From the IMG/VR virus record IMGVR_UViG_3300045988_110848, positions 1-34,081 of that record: DNA of 34,081 bases; one strand, given 5' to 3'. The position numbers were made by a program, and so were the translations under genes. The notes beneath the pieces were generated by a model. It was not told the DNA's origin. It did no database searches and saw nothing but the letters and a program-made list of their open reading frames with translations. Of the stretch, positions 6,198 to 14,542 are shown piece after piece; position 1 is the stretch's first letter; every line of letters begins with the position of its first letter. The DNA is from a virus.

Positions 6198-6434
6198 ATG
6201 GAGTTTATTAAGTTAAGAGAAGATAGATACTTAATCAAAGATAGCAATGGTTTGATAGTATCTAATGAAGAGAAACTAAAACTAGAAAAGAAAGAATTAA
6301 TCATTAAAGATATAGAAAGCAATGAGTGTCAAGGAAAGACTACTCAAAGAATTGAGGAAATAGATAGGGAGTTGGAAAATGGAAACAAGTCTAAATCTAA
6401 CACTATCAAAAAAGCAAAGTCAACTACTAAATGA
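6198..6434 (+). CDS. Hypothetical 78-aa coiled-coil protein that overlaps the terL start
   Basis: TAGGAGG SD. Its position directly before terL is where a small terminase subunit is usually found. Confidence 0.5.
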   Translation: MEFIKLREDRYLIKDSNGLIVSNEEKLKLEKKELIIKDIESNECQGKTTQRIEEIDRELENGNKSKSNTIKKAKSTTK

Positions 6435-7980
6435 TATAATTAGTCCTAATCTAAATGAGATATATGTATTAGGAAGCACTCAAAGTGGTAAGACTTATGA
6501 TATATGCTTAGGGTGTATCTTATATGCACAAGCCTTATATAATTATAACCCAAAAGAAACCTATTTTGGTTCTATAACTGGTTGGAGTTTGGAAACATTA
6601 AAAGGAAACATATTAGAGCCTTTAAAGAAGTTTTTAGATGATATGAAGTTAGAAAAAGGCAAAGATTACATATTAAGGTGGCAGACTGATGAAAAGTATC
6701 TAGAAATATATAATATTAGATACTATTTCTTTGGTTTTAATAATGTACTTGCATTTAATAAGATATTAGGTAAACCTTTGATATTTGAATGGATAGATGA
6801 AAGTGCTAGAATATACTCACAAGATAATTTAAGAGAACCATTTAATGAATTTCCTGGTAGACAAGTATCTTATGCAGACCATCCTTATTTAAAGACTATA
6901 CATTCATTCAATGTCGAGGGTGGGGAAAATCATCCATATAAGATTGATTACATAGATAAGAAACCTTATGCTAAGCATTATTCCTTTTTTCCTTATGATA
7001 ATCCTAAGATAAAAACAGAAGAAGCAATGCGAAAGGTATTAGAAATGTTTCCACCTGGAAATCTAAGAGAACAAAAAATATTTAATAGATGGATACTTGC
7101 GACTGGTAGGGTATTCAATACTATAAATACTATAGACAATTTAGATAATTATGCTTTTAGAGAAATAGGAATAGGAATAGACTATGGTTCAGTTCACGCA
7201 ACAGCCTTTGTGCCTATTGCTCTTGCTTATGATAAAGTAAATAAGAAATGGGTGTTAATAAGGTTAGAATATTATTACCATAATGCTAAAGAAGAACAAG
7301 ATAACCCTACAACCGAATATTTCAGCAAACAATTAAGATTATTCTTATTGTATCTAAAAAGTGAATATGGACAAGTGCCTATAACTACAATGGTATTAGA
7401 TAGTGCAGCCGCTCATTTCCATAATAGGTTAATTGCTGATAATATATCACATACATTAATCAATAAAAGTATGGATGATGTAGTTGAGGGAGTTCAATAT
7501 ATGCAATCTTTGTTCTATAAGGGATATCTGCTTATATACAAACAAAAAGCAATTAAGCATATAACTGATAGTGGTGAGTTAATTTATAGTGGTAAAGATG
7601 ATGGAATGCTTGAATTAGAGAGTTATAGATATGATTTAAAGGCAAGTTCAAAAAGTGGAAAAGAAGCCTATGTAAAAGAGTTTGATGACCATATAGATGC
7701 TTGCTTAACAGGAGATACTATTATTGCAACAGATAGAGGTAATTTCAAAATAATTGATTTAGTTGGAAAAAGTGGAAATGTTAAATGCTTTGATGGTAAT
7801 AGATTTATATATAAAAATTTTAAAGATGTAAGGCTTACAAAAAGAAAACAAGACATATATAAATTAAAATTATCAAATGGTTATGAATTAAAAGGTACAT
7901 ACGACCATCTTATATTAACTACAAAAGGCTATAAGAAATTAGGAGAATTAACTAAAAAAGATAAAATCATTTGCAATTGA
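6379..7980 (+). CDS. terL: Terminase large subunit N-fragment (extein 6379-7701) fused to an N-intein (7702-7977); ends in a TGA stop
   Basis: Walker A GSTQSGKT. The nuclease motif DDHIDA is followed directly by intein block A CLTGDTIIAT and block B GTYDHLILT. Confidence 0.85.
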   Translation: METSLNLTLSKKQSQLLNDIISPNLNEIYVLGSTQSGKTYDICLGCILYAQALYNYNPKETYFGSITGWSLETLKGNILEPLKKFLDDMKLEKGKDYILRWQTDEKYLEIYNIRYYFFGFNNVLAFNKILGKPLIFEWIDESARIYSQDNLREPFNEFPGRQVSYADHPYLKTIHSFNVEGGENHPYKIDYIDKKPYAKHYSFFPYDNPKIKTEEAMRKVLEMFPPGNLREQKIFNRWILATGRVFNTINTIDNLDNYAFREIGIGIDYGSVHATAFVPIALAYDKVNKKWVLIRLEYYYHNAKEEQDNPTTEYFSKQLRLFLLYLKSEYGQVPITTMVLDSAAAHFHNRLIADNISHTLINKSMDDVVEGVQYMQSLFYKGYLLIYKQKAIKHITDSGELIYSGKDDGMLELESYRYDLKASSKSGKEAYVKEFDDHIDACLTGDTIIATDRGNFKIIDLVGKSGNVKCFDGNRFIYKNFKDVRLTKRKQDIYKLKLSNGYELKGTYDHLILTTKGYKKLGELTKKDKIICN

Positions 7981-8005
7981 CACGATTAGATATTTATTGT
8001 ATAAT
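7977..8005 (+). promoter_or_regulatory. Promoter P2: TTGACA-17 nt-TATAAT with an extended TG, in front of the intein-borne HNH gene
   Basis: The -35 box overlaps the TGA stop (7978-7980) of the TerL N-fragment; spacer counted by hand. Confidence 0.6.
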
Positions 8006-8023
8006 TAACTAGGAGATGGTTAT

Positions 8024-8650
8024 ATGATAAAATATGAAAATGGTTATGCTTATGTTGATGGTTATAAATTTAAGAAAAATACAAGAGATAATTATTATTT
8101 ATCTTCTACCAATATTGGCAATAGAAGAAAATATTTGCACATTTATATATGGGAAAAGCATAATGGAGAAATACCAAAAGGTTATGATATACACCATATA
8201 GACCACAATAAAGATAACAATGAAATAAGCAACCTTAAAATGATATTAAAAAGAGAACATAGCATATTACATTCAAAAGAATTAACCGAAGAACAAAAAG
8301 CAAAAAAAATAAAGAACTTTAATGAAAAGGCAAGACCAAAAGCAATAGAATGGCATAAATCAAAAAAAGCAGAAAAATTCCATAAAGAACAATATAAAAT
8401 TTCTCTAGGAAAAATGAAACCGCAAAAAATTACTTGTGAAAATTGTGGGAAAGATTATTATTCAATTTGTAATGGTAGAAATAAATTTTGTTCTAATAAA
8501 TGTAAAAGTGCTTATAGAAGAAAAATAGGAGTAGATAATATTGAAAAAGAATGTATCAAATGTGGAGAAAAATTTGAAGTTAACAAATATTCAAAAAGAG
8601 AGCAATGTTATAATTGCTACCCCTGTAGAAATAAAAAAACTTCCAAATAA
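8024..8650 (+). CDS. Free-standing HNH homing-type endonuclease with C-terminal zinc ribbons
   Basis: AGGAG SD 8 nt before the ATG. HNH core HHIDHNKDNNEISNLKMILKREHSILH. CxxC pairs near the C-terminus. Confidence 0.85.
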   Translation: MIKYENGYAYVDGYKFKKNTRDNYYLSSTNIGNRRKYLHIYIWEKHNGEIPKGYDIHHIDHNKDNNEISNLKMILKREHSILHSKELTEEQKAKKIKNFNEKARPKAIEWHKSKKAEKFHKEQYKISLGKMKPQKITCENCGKDYYSICNGRNKFCSNKCKSAYRRKIGVDNIEKECIKCGEKFEVNKYSKREQCYNCYPCRNKKTSK

Positions 8651-8774
8651 AGAAGATGTTTATAATATGGAAGTGGAAGAAGTACATAATTTTGTTGCTA
8701 ATGGAATTGTAGTTCATAATTGTAGATATATCATAATAGAGTTTAAAGAAACTGATAGAGCACCAGTAGTATAA
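8541..8774 (+). CDS. terL: C-intein (Hint-like from about 8610 to 8720) plus 17-aa TerL C-extein CRYIIIEFKETDRAPVV
   Basis: Blocks F/G VYNMEVEEVHNFVANGIVVHN|C. TTG 8541 is preceded by AGGAG (8527-8531, 9-nt spacing) inside the HNH ORF. Confidence 0.7.
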   Translation: MKKNVSNVEKNLKLTNIQKESNVIIATPVEIKKLPNKEDVYNMEVEEVHNFVANGIVVHNCRYIIIEFKETDRAPVV

Positions 8775-8788
8775 AAGGAGTTGAATAT

Positions 8789-9310
8789 ATGGAAATGCAA
8801 GAAATTTGGAAAGATATCAAAAATTATGAAGGATTATATCAAGTCAGCAATTATGGGAAAGTAAAAAGTTTACCAAGAAAAGGAACACAAGCAAAAGAAG
8901 AAAGAATATTAAAAGTCAGTTATACTTATAATGGCTATGAAAGAGTTAATTTGTGTAAGAACAATAAAAATAAACGATATTTAGTTCATAGATTAGTTGC
9001 GGAAACATTTATTCTAAATCCTAATGAATATCCTCAGATAAATCATATTGATGAAAACAAGCAAAATAATAAAGTTAGTAATTTAGAATGGTGTACTCGT
9101 TCTTATAACATTAATTATGGTAATAGAAATAATTGTTTGAATAAAGAAGTGTGGCAATATGATTTAAAAGGGAAATTAATAAAAAAATGGAAAAGTACAA
9201 TGGAAATACAAAGAAATTTAGGATTTAAAAATCAAAATATAAGTTCTGCGTGTAGAGGAACATACCATAAAGCATATAATTATATATGGAAATACAAAGG
9301 GGTTGATTAA
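8789..9310 (+). CDS. NUMOD4 + HNH_3-type homing endonuclease
   Basis: EIWKDIKNYEGLYQVSNYGKVKS and INHIDENKQNNKVSNLEW motifs; AAGGAG SD. Confidence 0.8.
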   Translation: MEMQEIWKDIKNYEGLYQVSNYGKVKSLPRKGTQAKEERILKVSYTYNGYERVNLCKNNKNKRYLVHRLVAETFILNPNEYPQINHIDENKQNNKVSNLEWCTRSYNINYGNRNNCLNKEVWQYDLKGKLIKKWKSTMEIQRNLGFKNQNISSACRGTYHKAYNYIWKYKGVD

Positions 9311-9527
9311 AATCGAAATTCGTTGCAAATCTACAAAAAGATATTTATTTAAAATAGAAATTGAAGAATATAGTAAAAACCTAAAGAAAATGGGAATAGA
9401 AGTGGAAACTCCTTTAGTAATAGAATACCCATGCCCCAAGTGTAAGATGATAGAAGTATATGAAATCTACCCTACTCATTACATACATATAAGAAGTTAT
9501 AAAAGAGATGTTGACAATAATAAATAA
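9303..9527 (+). CDS. Doubtful small ORF (CPKC motif) with a TTG start
   Basis: Track ORF only; poor SD spacing. Confidence 0.3.
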   Translation: MIKIEIRCKSTKRYLFKIEIEEYSKNLKKMGIEVETPLVIEYPCPKCKMIEVYEIYPTHYIHIRSYKRDVDNNK

Positions 9528-9539
9528 TTATGCTATAAT
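9511..9539 (+). promoter_or_regulatory. Promoter P3: TTGACA-17 nt-TATAAT with an extended TG
   Basis: Perfect hexamers; spacer counted by hand. Confidence 0.65.
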
Positions 9540-9585
9540 TTAAGAGATAGAAAAGTGCGAAAAAGTGTGTCGTAAACATAAGAAG

Positions 9586-9617
9586 CATATAGTTAAAGAG
9601 ATAACTATATGTTTTTT
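9586..9617 (+). terminator. Intrinsic terminator: 10-bp stem CATATAGTTA/TAACTATATG, 6-nt loop, T6 tract
   Basis: Paired by hand; lies about 45 nt downstream of the P3 -10 box. Confidence 0.75.
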
Positions 9618-9647
9618 ATTATTTATACACATAGAAAGGAGTTAGAA

Positions 9648-9986
9648 ATGAGAACTCTAATAAAAAAAATAAGCGACATTTCATTGAATATTTTTGATAA
9701 AATTGCGGAAAAATCACAAAAATTGAAAAAATATCTAATAAATAATAAGAAATGGACTTTGTATTTATATTTAAATGGTCAATGCATAGATAAAAGAAAA
9801 ATAGACAAAGACTTCGCTCCTATGGGTAAGTTCTATGTAGTAAAAGTAAGAGGCATGAAACATTTACTAGGAACTAATAGAAAAGTACAAATTGTGGTTC
9901 AAAGTTATAAATATAAATTGACTGATGAAAAGAAAAGAGAGGCTCATATTGAAACTCTAATATATGAAGGAGTTGATATTAAATGA
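9648..9986 (+). CDS. Hypothetical basic protein
   Basis: AAAGGAG SD before ATG 9648. The track start at 9609 lies inside the terminator. Confidence 0.55.
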   Translation: MRTLIKKISDISLNIFDKIAEKSQKLKKYLINNKKWTLYLYLNGQCIDKRKIDKDFAPMGKFYVVKVRGMKHLLGTNRKVQIVVQSYKYKLTDEKKREAHIETLIYEGVDIK

Positions 9987-11347
9987 ATAATCAAGTAAGA
10001 TTAAAATCAGCATACAACTATTTAGAGGCTCCATATATAAGAGTAGAGGCAACAGTAACTCAACCTGGTATAACTAATGGAAAGCCTAATATTTACAAGA
10101 AAAATGACTATATAATTGCTCCTAGTGGTAAAAAGGTTGCTACATATATAGTTAATCAAATATTTGGCTCAGACTTAGTAACACAGACAGAGGGGTTATC
10201 AATAAACTGGTTAATGCCTACACTTAAAGAGAGCCTAGAATTAGCAGTATATGAAGAAGAAAGTTTCATATTAATAAATAAGTTTGATAATAAAATATAT
10301 CTAGAGTGTATCAAGAAATCAGACATACACGATTTAGTACAAAAGTATGATAAAGTAATAAGCGGTACTATCATACAAGAGTTTGTCACTAAAGAAGATA
10401 TATACGAACTTCATAGAAATATTAAGTTAGAGAATGGTATTACTTATATGACTATGGAAGTGTATAAAGAAGATAAAGGTGGTAAATTAATACCTGTTGA
10501 GTTGGGTACATTTAATTTAAGAACTGGTAATGAATACATTGCTAAGTACATATTACCTTATGAAAACCTAATCAACATAGATATAGGTCAAAATTTCTTT
10601 AAAGATAGTAAAAAGTTCCTAAATGAAGAAATGGAAATATTCAATACCTTTGTTGATGAAATAGAAAAGACTAAGACTAAGATAGTAACAAGTCAACACT
10701 ATCAAAGCGGAGACATAGTAACTAATTGGCAACCTGCAAGTAATCATTACAAAGTAGATACATTATCAGTAGGAAAGTTGGCAGATTATTTTACTTTATT
10801 ACCAGGAGATAAAGACCACCAATTATTTGAATTTTTACAAGGTAATATTAGATTTAATGAATATATAAGTTCGTTTAAGTTCTGTGATTATCAAGTAATA
10901 CAAATGGCTGGACTAAGTCCTGCAACATTTGGTTATGAAAAAGATGCTTACCAAAATGTCGATAGTATAGATTTAAGTAAGAATAATTCCGATATGACTA
11001 TTGAGGCAATAAAAACTCAAATAGAACCTCAAATAAATCATTTACTTGAAAATGTTGTTAAGGCTCAACAAGCGAACAATATACAAGTTAATTTAATACC
11101 TACTGAGTTAAATTGGGACTATGGAGTAAACGAGAAATTCAATGATATGAAGAAACTTCAAGTATTAGGAAGAATACAAAGTATCGGAAGTGTTCCATAT
11201 AGTGTAAAGGCTAAAATAATAACACCTATTCTTAATAAATTAATTGATGATGATTATGTAGGTAAGAATAGTAAATTAATAGAAGAATTAATTAATGCTA
11301 ATAAAGAGGAAGAAGAAGAAATACAAGTTAAGTTTGGAGAAGTATAA
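9983..11347 (+). CDS. Portal protein
   Basis: 454 aa. Sits after terL and before the Mu-F/gp7-like head protein. Acidic C-terminus. Confidence 0.75.
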   Translation: MNNQVRLKSAYNYLEAPYIRVEATVTQPGITNGKPNIYKKNDYIIAPSGKKVATYIVNQIFGSDLVTQTEGLSINWLMPTLKESLELAVYEEESFILINKFDNKIYLECIKKSDIHDLVQKYDKVISGTIIQEFVTKEDIYELHRNIKLENGITYMTMEVYKEDKGGKLIPVELGTFNLRTGNEYIAKYILPYENLINIDIGQNFFKDSKKFLNEEMEIFNTFVDEIEKTKTKIVTSQHYQSGDIVTNWQPASNHYKVDTLSVGKLADYFTLLPGDKDHQLFEFLQGNIRFNEYISSFKFCDYQVIQMAGLSPATFGYEKDAYQNVDSIDLSKNNSDMTIEAIKTQIEPQINHLLENVVKAQQANNIQVNLIPTELNWDYGVNEKFNDMKKLQVLGRIQSIGSVPYSVKAKIITPILNKLIDDDYVGKNSKLIEELINANKEEEEEIQVKFGEV

Positions 11348-12318
11348 TGAAAGACCCATTTAGTTTATTTATAGAAGATAGTGCTTACTATTCAAAAAAT
11401 GAATATTATAAACTAATGTACGAAACTAAACGAGTATTCTTCGACTACCTATACAAAAATAAAACACTAGCAGAGTTCAAAAAAGAAACAACAAAGATAT
11501 GGGAAAAGGTAGACCATAAATATATGGCTGAGAGAATAAAAGAACTTGAAGATATGATAATGGCTAGAGATTTAGAGGGAAATAAGATACTAAATCCCGA
11601 TGCTGAGTATAAACAGATATATGAATTAGCAAGTGAAAAAATATTCCAAAATGTAGAGAAGAAATATAAATATAATATTGATGAATATTATAAAGGCAGA
11701 AGAAAGACTGCAAATAAAAGTTATATAGACAGAGAAAGTTATTTATCTAAACTAGTAACTAAATACGATGAAGTTCAAGCCACTATACCATACCATAATA
11801 AAGATGGAAGCGTAAGAAGTTGGCATAACATAGCCGATTATAATTCAATGTTATATAATACTAACCTTAATCATGCAGGTTGGAATAGAACAATGTACGA
11901 TGCTAATTTATTAGACAAAGAACTTTTATATTTACCAGCCCATACATTTGCTTGCCCTTTATGTATGCCTTATCAAGGAAAGGTATATGACAAAAATGGA
12001 GGAAGTGGATATACTTCTGATGGAATTAGATATTATCCACAAGAAGAAGCAATTGCTGGTGGTGTAGGTCATCCTAATTGTAGACACCAATGGACTATAT
12101 ATTGGGATAAAGACCAAATACAAGAGAATGATTATAATTCTGATAAGTGGCAAGAAGATTATGAAAAAAAGCAAAAGATACAAGCCCTACAACTAAAAAG
12201 AACTAAATTAAAAAATGATAAAAAGATATATGAAAATTTAGGAAATGGAAGTGAGGTTGATAAAACAAATGCTAAAATAAAAAAGATAAATGCTACTATA
12301 AAAGAATTAAATAAATAG
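11347..12318 (+). CDS. Minor head morphogenesis protein (SPP1 gp7 / Mu F-like)
   Basis: CPLCMPYQGKVYD...GHPNCRHQW motif; sits directly after the portal gene. Confidence 0.75.
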   Translation: MKDPFSLFIEDSAYYSKNEYYKLMYETKRVFFDYLYKNKTLAEFKKETTKIWEKVDHKYMAERIKELEDMIMARDLEGNKILNPDAEYKQIYELASEKIFQNVEKKYKYNIDEYYKGRRKTANKSYIDRESYLSKLVTKYDEVQATIPYHNKDGSVRSWHNIADYNSMLYNTNLNHAGWNRTMYDANLLDKELLYLPAHTFACPLCMPYQGKVYDKNGGSGYTSDGIRYYPQEEAIAGGVGHPNCRHQWTIYWDKDQIQENDYNSDKWQEDYEKKQKIQALQLKRTKLKNDKKIYENLGNGSEVDKTNAKIKKINATIKELNK

Positions 12319-12397
12319 ACCAATTGCTACCAAGTCTATAAAAGGTTAGCAGTCGCGACACACTTTTATCACTTCTAAAAAAAGGAGAATGATAAAT

Positions 12398-12946
12398 ATG
12401 AATTTTGATATTACTAAATATCTAAAAAACAAAGAGATTACTATAAGTAATGATGACCTAGATGTTTCTGCAATGGAAAAAGATTTCACACAAGGATATA
12501 CAAAGAATAGTGAAATCAAAAAGCCTGATTATTCAGGATATGTAAAAGAAGAAGATTATACTAAACTTCAAGGAGACTATACAAGTCTAGAAACTAACTA
12601 CAACAATACTGTTAAAACTTTAAGTGAAACAAATGATAAAATGACTAGATTAAGTCTAGAAAATAAACTTGTTAAAAAAGGATTTAAAGAAGAAAACTTT
12701 GATGAAGTAGTTAAGTTAAGAAATAGTCTTTATGCTGATGAAAAAGATGATGACAAGGCTATTGAGGGAATAGTAACTAGATTTAAAAATACATACTTCC
12801 CAGAAGCAGAAAAGAAACCTAGTATACCATTTACACAAGCACCTAATGAGGGTGGAGTAAATGGAAACAATGCTAATACTGGCAAAGATATAAAAATAAC
12901 AAGAGGTACTAGCATTAAAGATTTAATGATACCTGTAACTAAATAA
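12398..12946 (+). CDS. Scaffolding protein
   Basis: AAGGAG SD before ATG 12398. Charged and helical; lies between the head-morphogenesis and capsid genes. Confidence 0.6.
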   Translation: MNFDITKYLKNKEITISNDDLDVSAMEKDFTQGYTKNSEIKKPDYSGYVKEEDYTKLQGDYTSLETNYNNTVKTLSETNDKMTRLSLENKLVKKGFKEENFDEVVKLRNSLYADEKDDDKAIEGIVTRFKNTYFPEAEKKPSIPFTQAPNEGGVNGNNANTGKDIKITRGTSIKDLMIPVTK

Positions 12947-12986
12947 TTTTAGTTAAATATAGAGGAAAGAAAAGGAGGAAGAAATT

Positions 12987-14141
12987 ATGAATTTTACAGG
13001 AGTAAACTTAGACTTACAAGGTCTAATGAAAAGAACTTATGCTAATTTACTTTACAATTCTCAATTCTATAAAATGCTAGATAGAAGATGGTTTGAAGTC
13101 GGAAGAACTGGCACTCCAATTATTGAGATTGTTAAGCAATTAGACACTACATTAAATGTAAGAAATAATGTAGAAATTGCACAAGGAGGAATTACGAACG
13201 AACTTGCTACTTACAATTCAGTAAAAGTTGACTTAACTGAATTACCTATGGACTATTCATTTAGAGTAAGCCCTATAGTAATGGGTAGTGGTATCGAAAG
13301 AGCAATTGAGGGACAAATCGAATTAAAAGAGGCTCAAATCTCTAGACAAATCGATGTATATGGCTTTAATAAATTAAATGCTGATATTACTGGACCTCAA
13401 GATGGTTCAATGGCTTATACAGATGGTCAATGTACTAAATGGGCTCCATCTAATGGAACAGAAACTATTGAATTAATTAACGATTTAAAATCTAAATTAT
13501 TCGATAGAAATATATATGATGGATACCTATTAGGACTAAGTTCAAATGCATATGCTTACTTTATATCAAGTTTAACATCTATTCTTAAATATGAAACAAG
13601 AGCAGGTGTTGAGGGTGTTGATATGGGACAAGTTGCTAGTGCTTATGGTGTTAGTGTATTCCAAATCAATAGTAATGTAATTGAAAAAGATAAAGATGGT
13701 AAAGATACAAATGTAGTTGGATACTTTGCTAATGAAGTTGGTACAGTTGGTGATACATTCTGGAGTTCATTTGCTCAATACAATGGTAACTTCCCAGGAT
13801 ACCCTGGATACTTCGTTGTTGAAGGTAATGTAATGTTCGGTGCTAAAGTAGTTAGACCAGAAGCAGTAATTAAATTAGTTGAAAGTCTACCTATCGTATC
13901 TGCAGGTTCATTTGATGAGGGAACTCATGCACAAGAATATACTCAAACAACTCCATTCAGTGGTACTGATGTTGATAAGTTTGAAGCAGGTGGTTTACCA
14001 GCAGGATTAACACTTAACCCTACAACTGGTGCTATCACAGGTACACCTACTGAAGCAGGAGATTATCATGTTTCTGTATATGGTATTGATAAATATGGTA
14101 ACTACTCTAATGCTTATAGTGGCGATATAGTAATTGCCTAA
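12987..14141 (+). CDS. Major capsid protein with a C-terminal Ig-like domain
   Basis: Position, size and strong AAGGAGG SD. C-terminal GLPAGLTLNPTTGAITGTPTEAGDYHVSVYG is a putative-Ig-domain signature. Confidence 0.75.
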   Translation: MNFTGVNLDLQGLMKRTYANLLYNSQFYKMLDRRWFEVGRTGTPIIEIVKQLDTTLNVRNNVEIAQGGITNELATYNSVKVDLTELPMDYSFRVSPIVMGSGIERAIEGQIELKEAQISRQIDVYGFNKLNADITGPQDGSMAYTDGQCTKWAPSNGTETIELINDLKSKLFDRNIYDGYLLGLSSNAYAYFISSLTSILKYETRAGVEGVDMGQVASAYGVSVFQINSNVIEKDKDGKDTNVVGYFANEVGTVGDTFWSSFAQYNGNFPGYPGYFVVEGNVMFGAKVVRPEAVIKLVESLPIVSAGSFDEGTHAQEYTQTTPFSGTDVDKFEAGGLPAGLTLNPTTGAITGTPTEAGDYHVSVYGIDKYGNYSNAYSGDIVIA

Positions 14142-14160
14142 ATAGAAATGAGGTGGGAAA

Positions 14161-14541
14161 ATGCAATTTTTCACAAAAGAGGAATTCGGTATTAAATATC
14201 CCGAGTACTCAAATGCTGATATTTCAACTTGGCAGATAGAAGCAGTAAGTGAGATGATTTTCTCACAAATAGGCTTAAGATATAGGGATGCTAGTTGGGA
14301 TGCAATTGGTGTCCCTTTGCCTATTAAAAATGCTTCTATGGAACAAATGAGGTTCGTGTTAGAACACGATATCCCTTTTGTTGATTTTGATAAAGATATA
14401 AAGGCAGGCTCTATGAGTTCTCCTTTAAAGACTGATTATTCTACTCTAGCACTAAGAATACTTGCTAATAATGGATATCTATATAGAGGTACTCCTATGT
14501 CAAGTAATATGGCTCTTACTATACCTTTTGGAGGCGAATAA
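14161..14541 (+). CDS. Head-tail connector/adaptor (positional call)
   Basis: GAGGTGG SD; gene order. Confidence 0.5.
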   Translation: MQFFTKEEFGIKYPEYSNADISTWQIEAVSEMIFSQIGLRYRDASWDAIGVPLPIKNASMEQMRFVLEHDIPFVDFDKDIKAGSMSSPLKTDYSTLALRILANNGYLYRGTPMSSNMALTIPFGGE

Positions 14542-14542
14542 T

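Larger units (their letters stand above)
7702..8720 (+). mobile_element. Split Hint-domain intein with a free-standing HNH gene between its halves
   Basis: Cys1 codon at 7702. Terminal VVHN ends at 8720 and is followed by Cys+1 at 8721. The three parts lie in three different frames. Confidence 0.8.

Noticed and set aside
7702-8720. The interrupted intein as a simple sequencing frameshift in a contiguous HNH-containing intein
   Set aside because: The N-intein, HNH and C-intein ORFs use three different frames. The HNH ORF has its own consensus promoter and SD after a clean stop, so one indel cannot restore a single ORF. Resequencing would still be prudent.
9609-9647. 5' extensions of track ORFs: 9609, 25474, 30731, 5907, 14462, 18380, 12389, 27089, 23306, 2637 and 4868
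   Set aside because: The extended starts fall inside a terminator (9609), inside promoters (25474, 30731) or inside the preceding gene. A downstream ATG with a well-spaced SD exists in each case, and the coordinates were re-assigned to it.
12324-12359. A bulged hairpin (12324-12331 / 12344-12352) and a GC-rich palindrome GTCGCGAC (12352-12359) between the head-morphogenesis and scaffold genes
   Set aside because: The stem is short and bulged, the T-tract is weak and distant, and the palindrome is only 8 bp. This could be a weak attenuator or chance, which is not enough to call.
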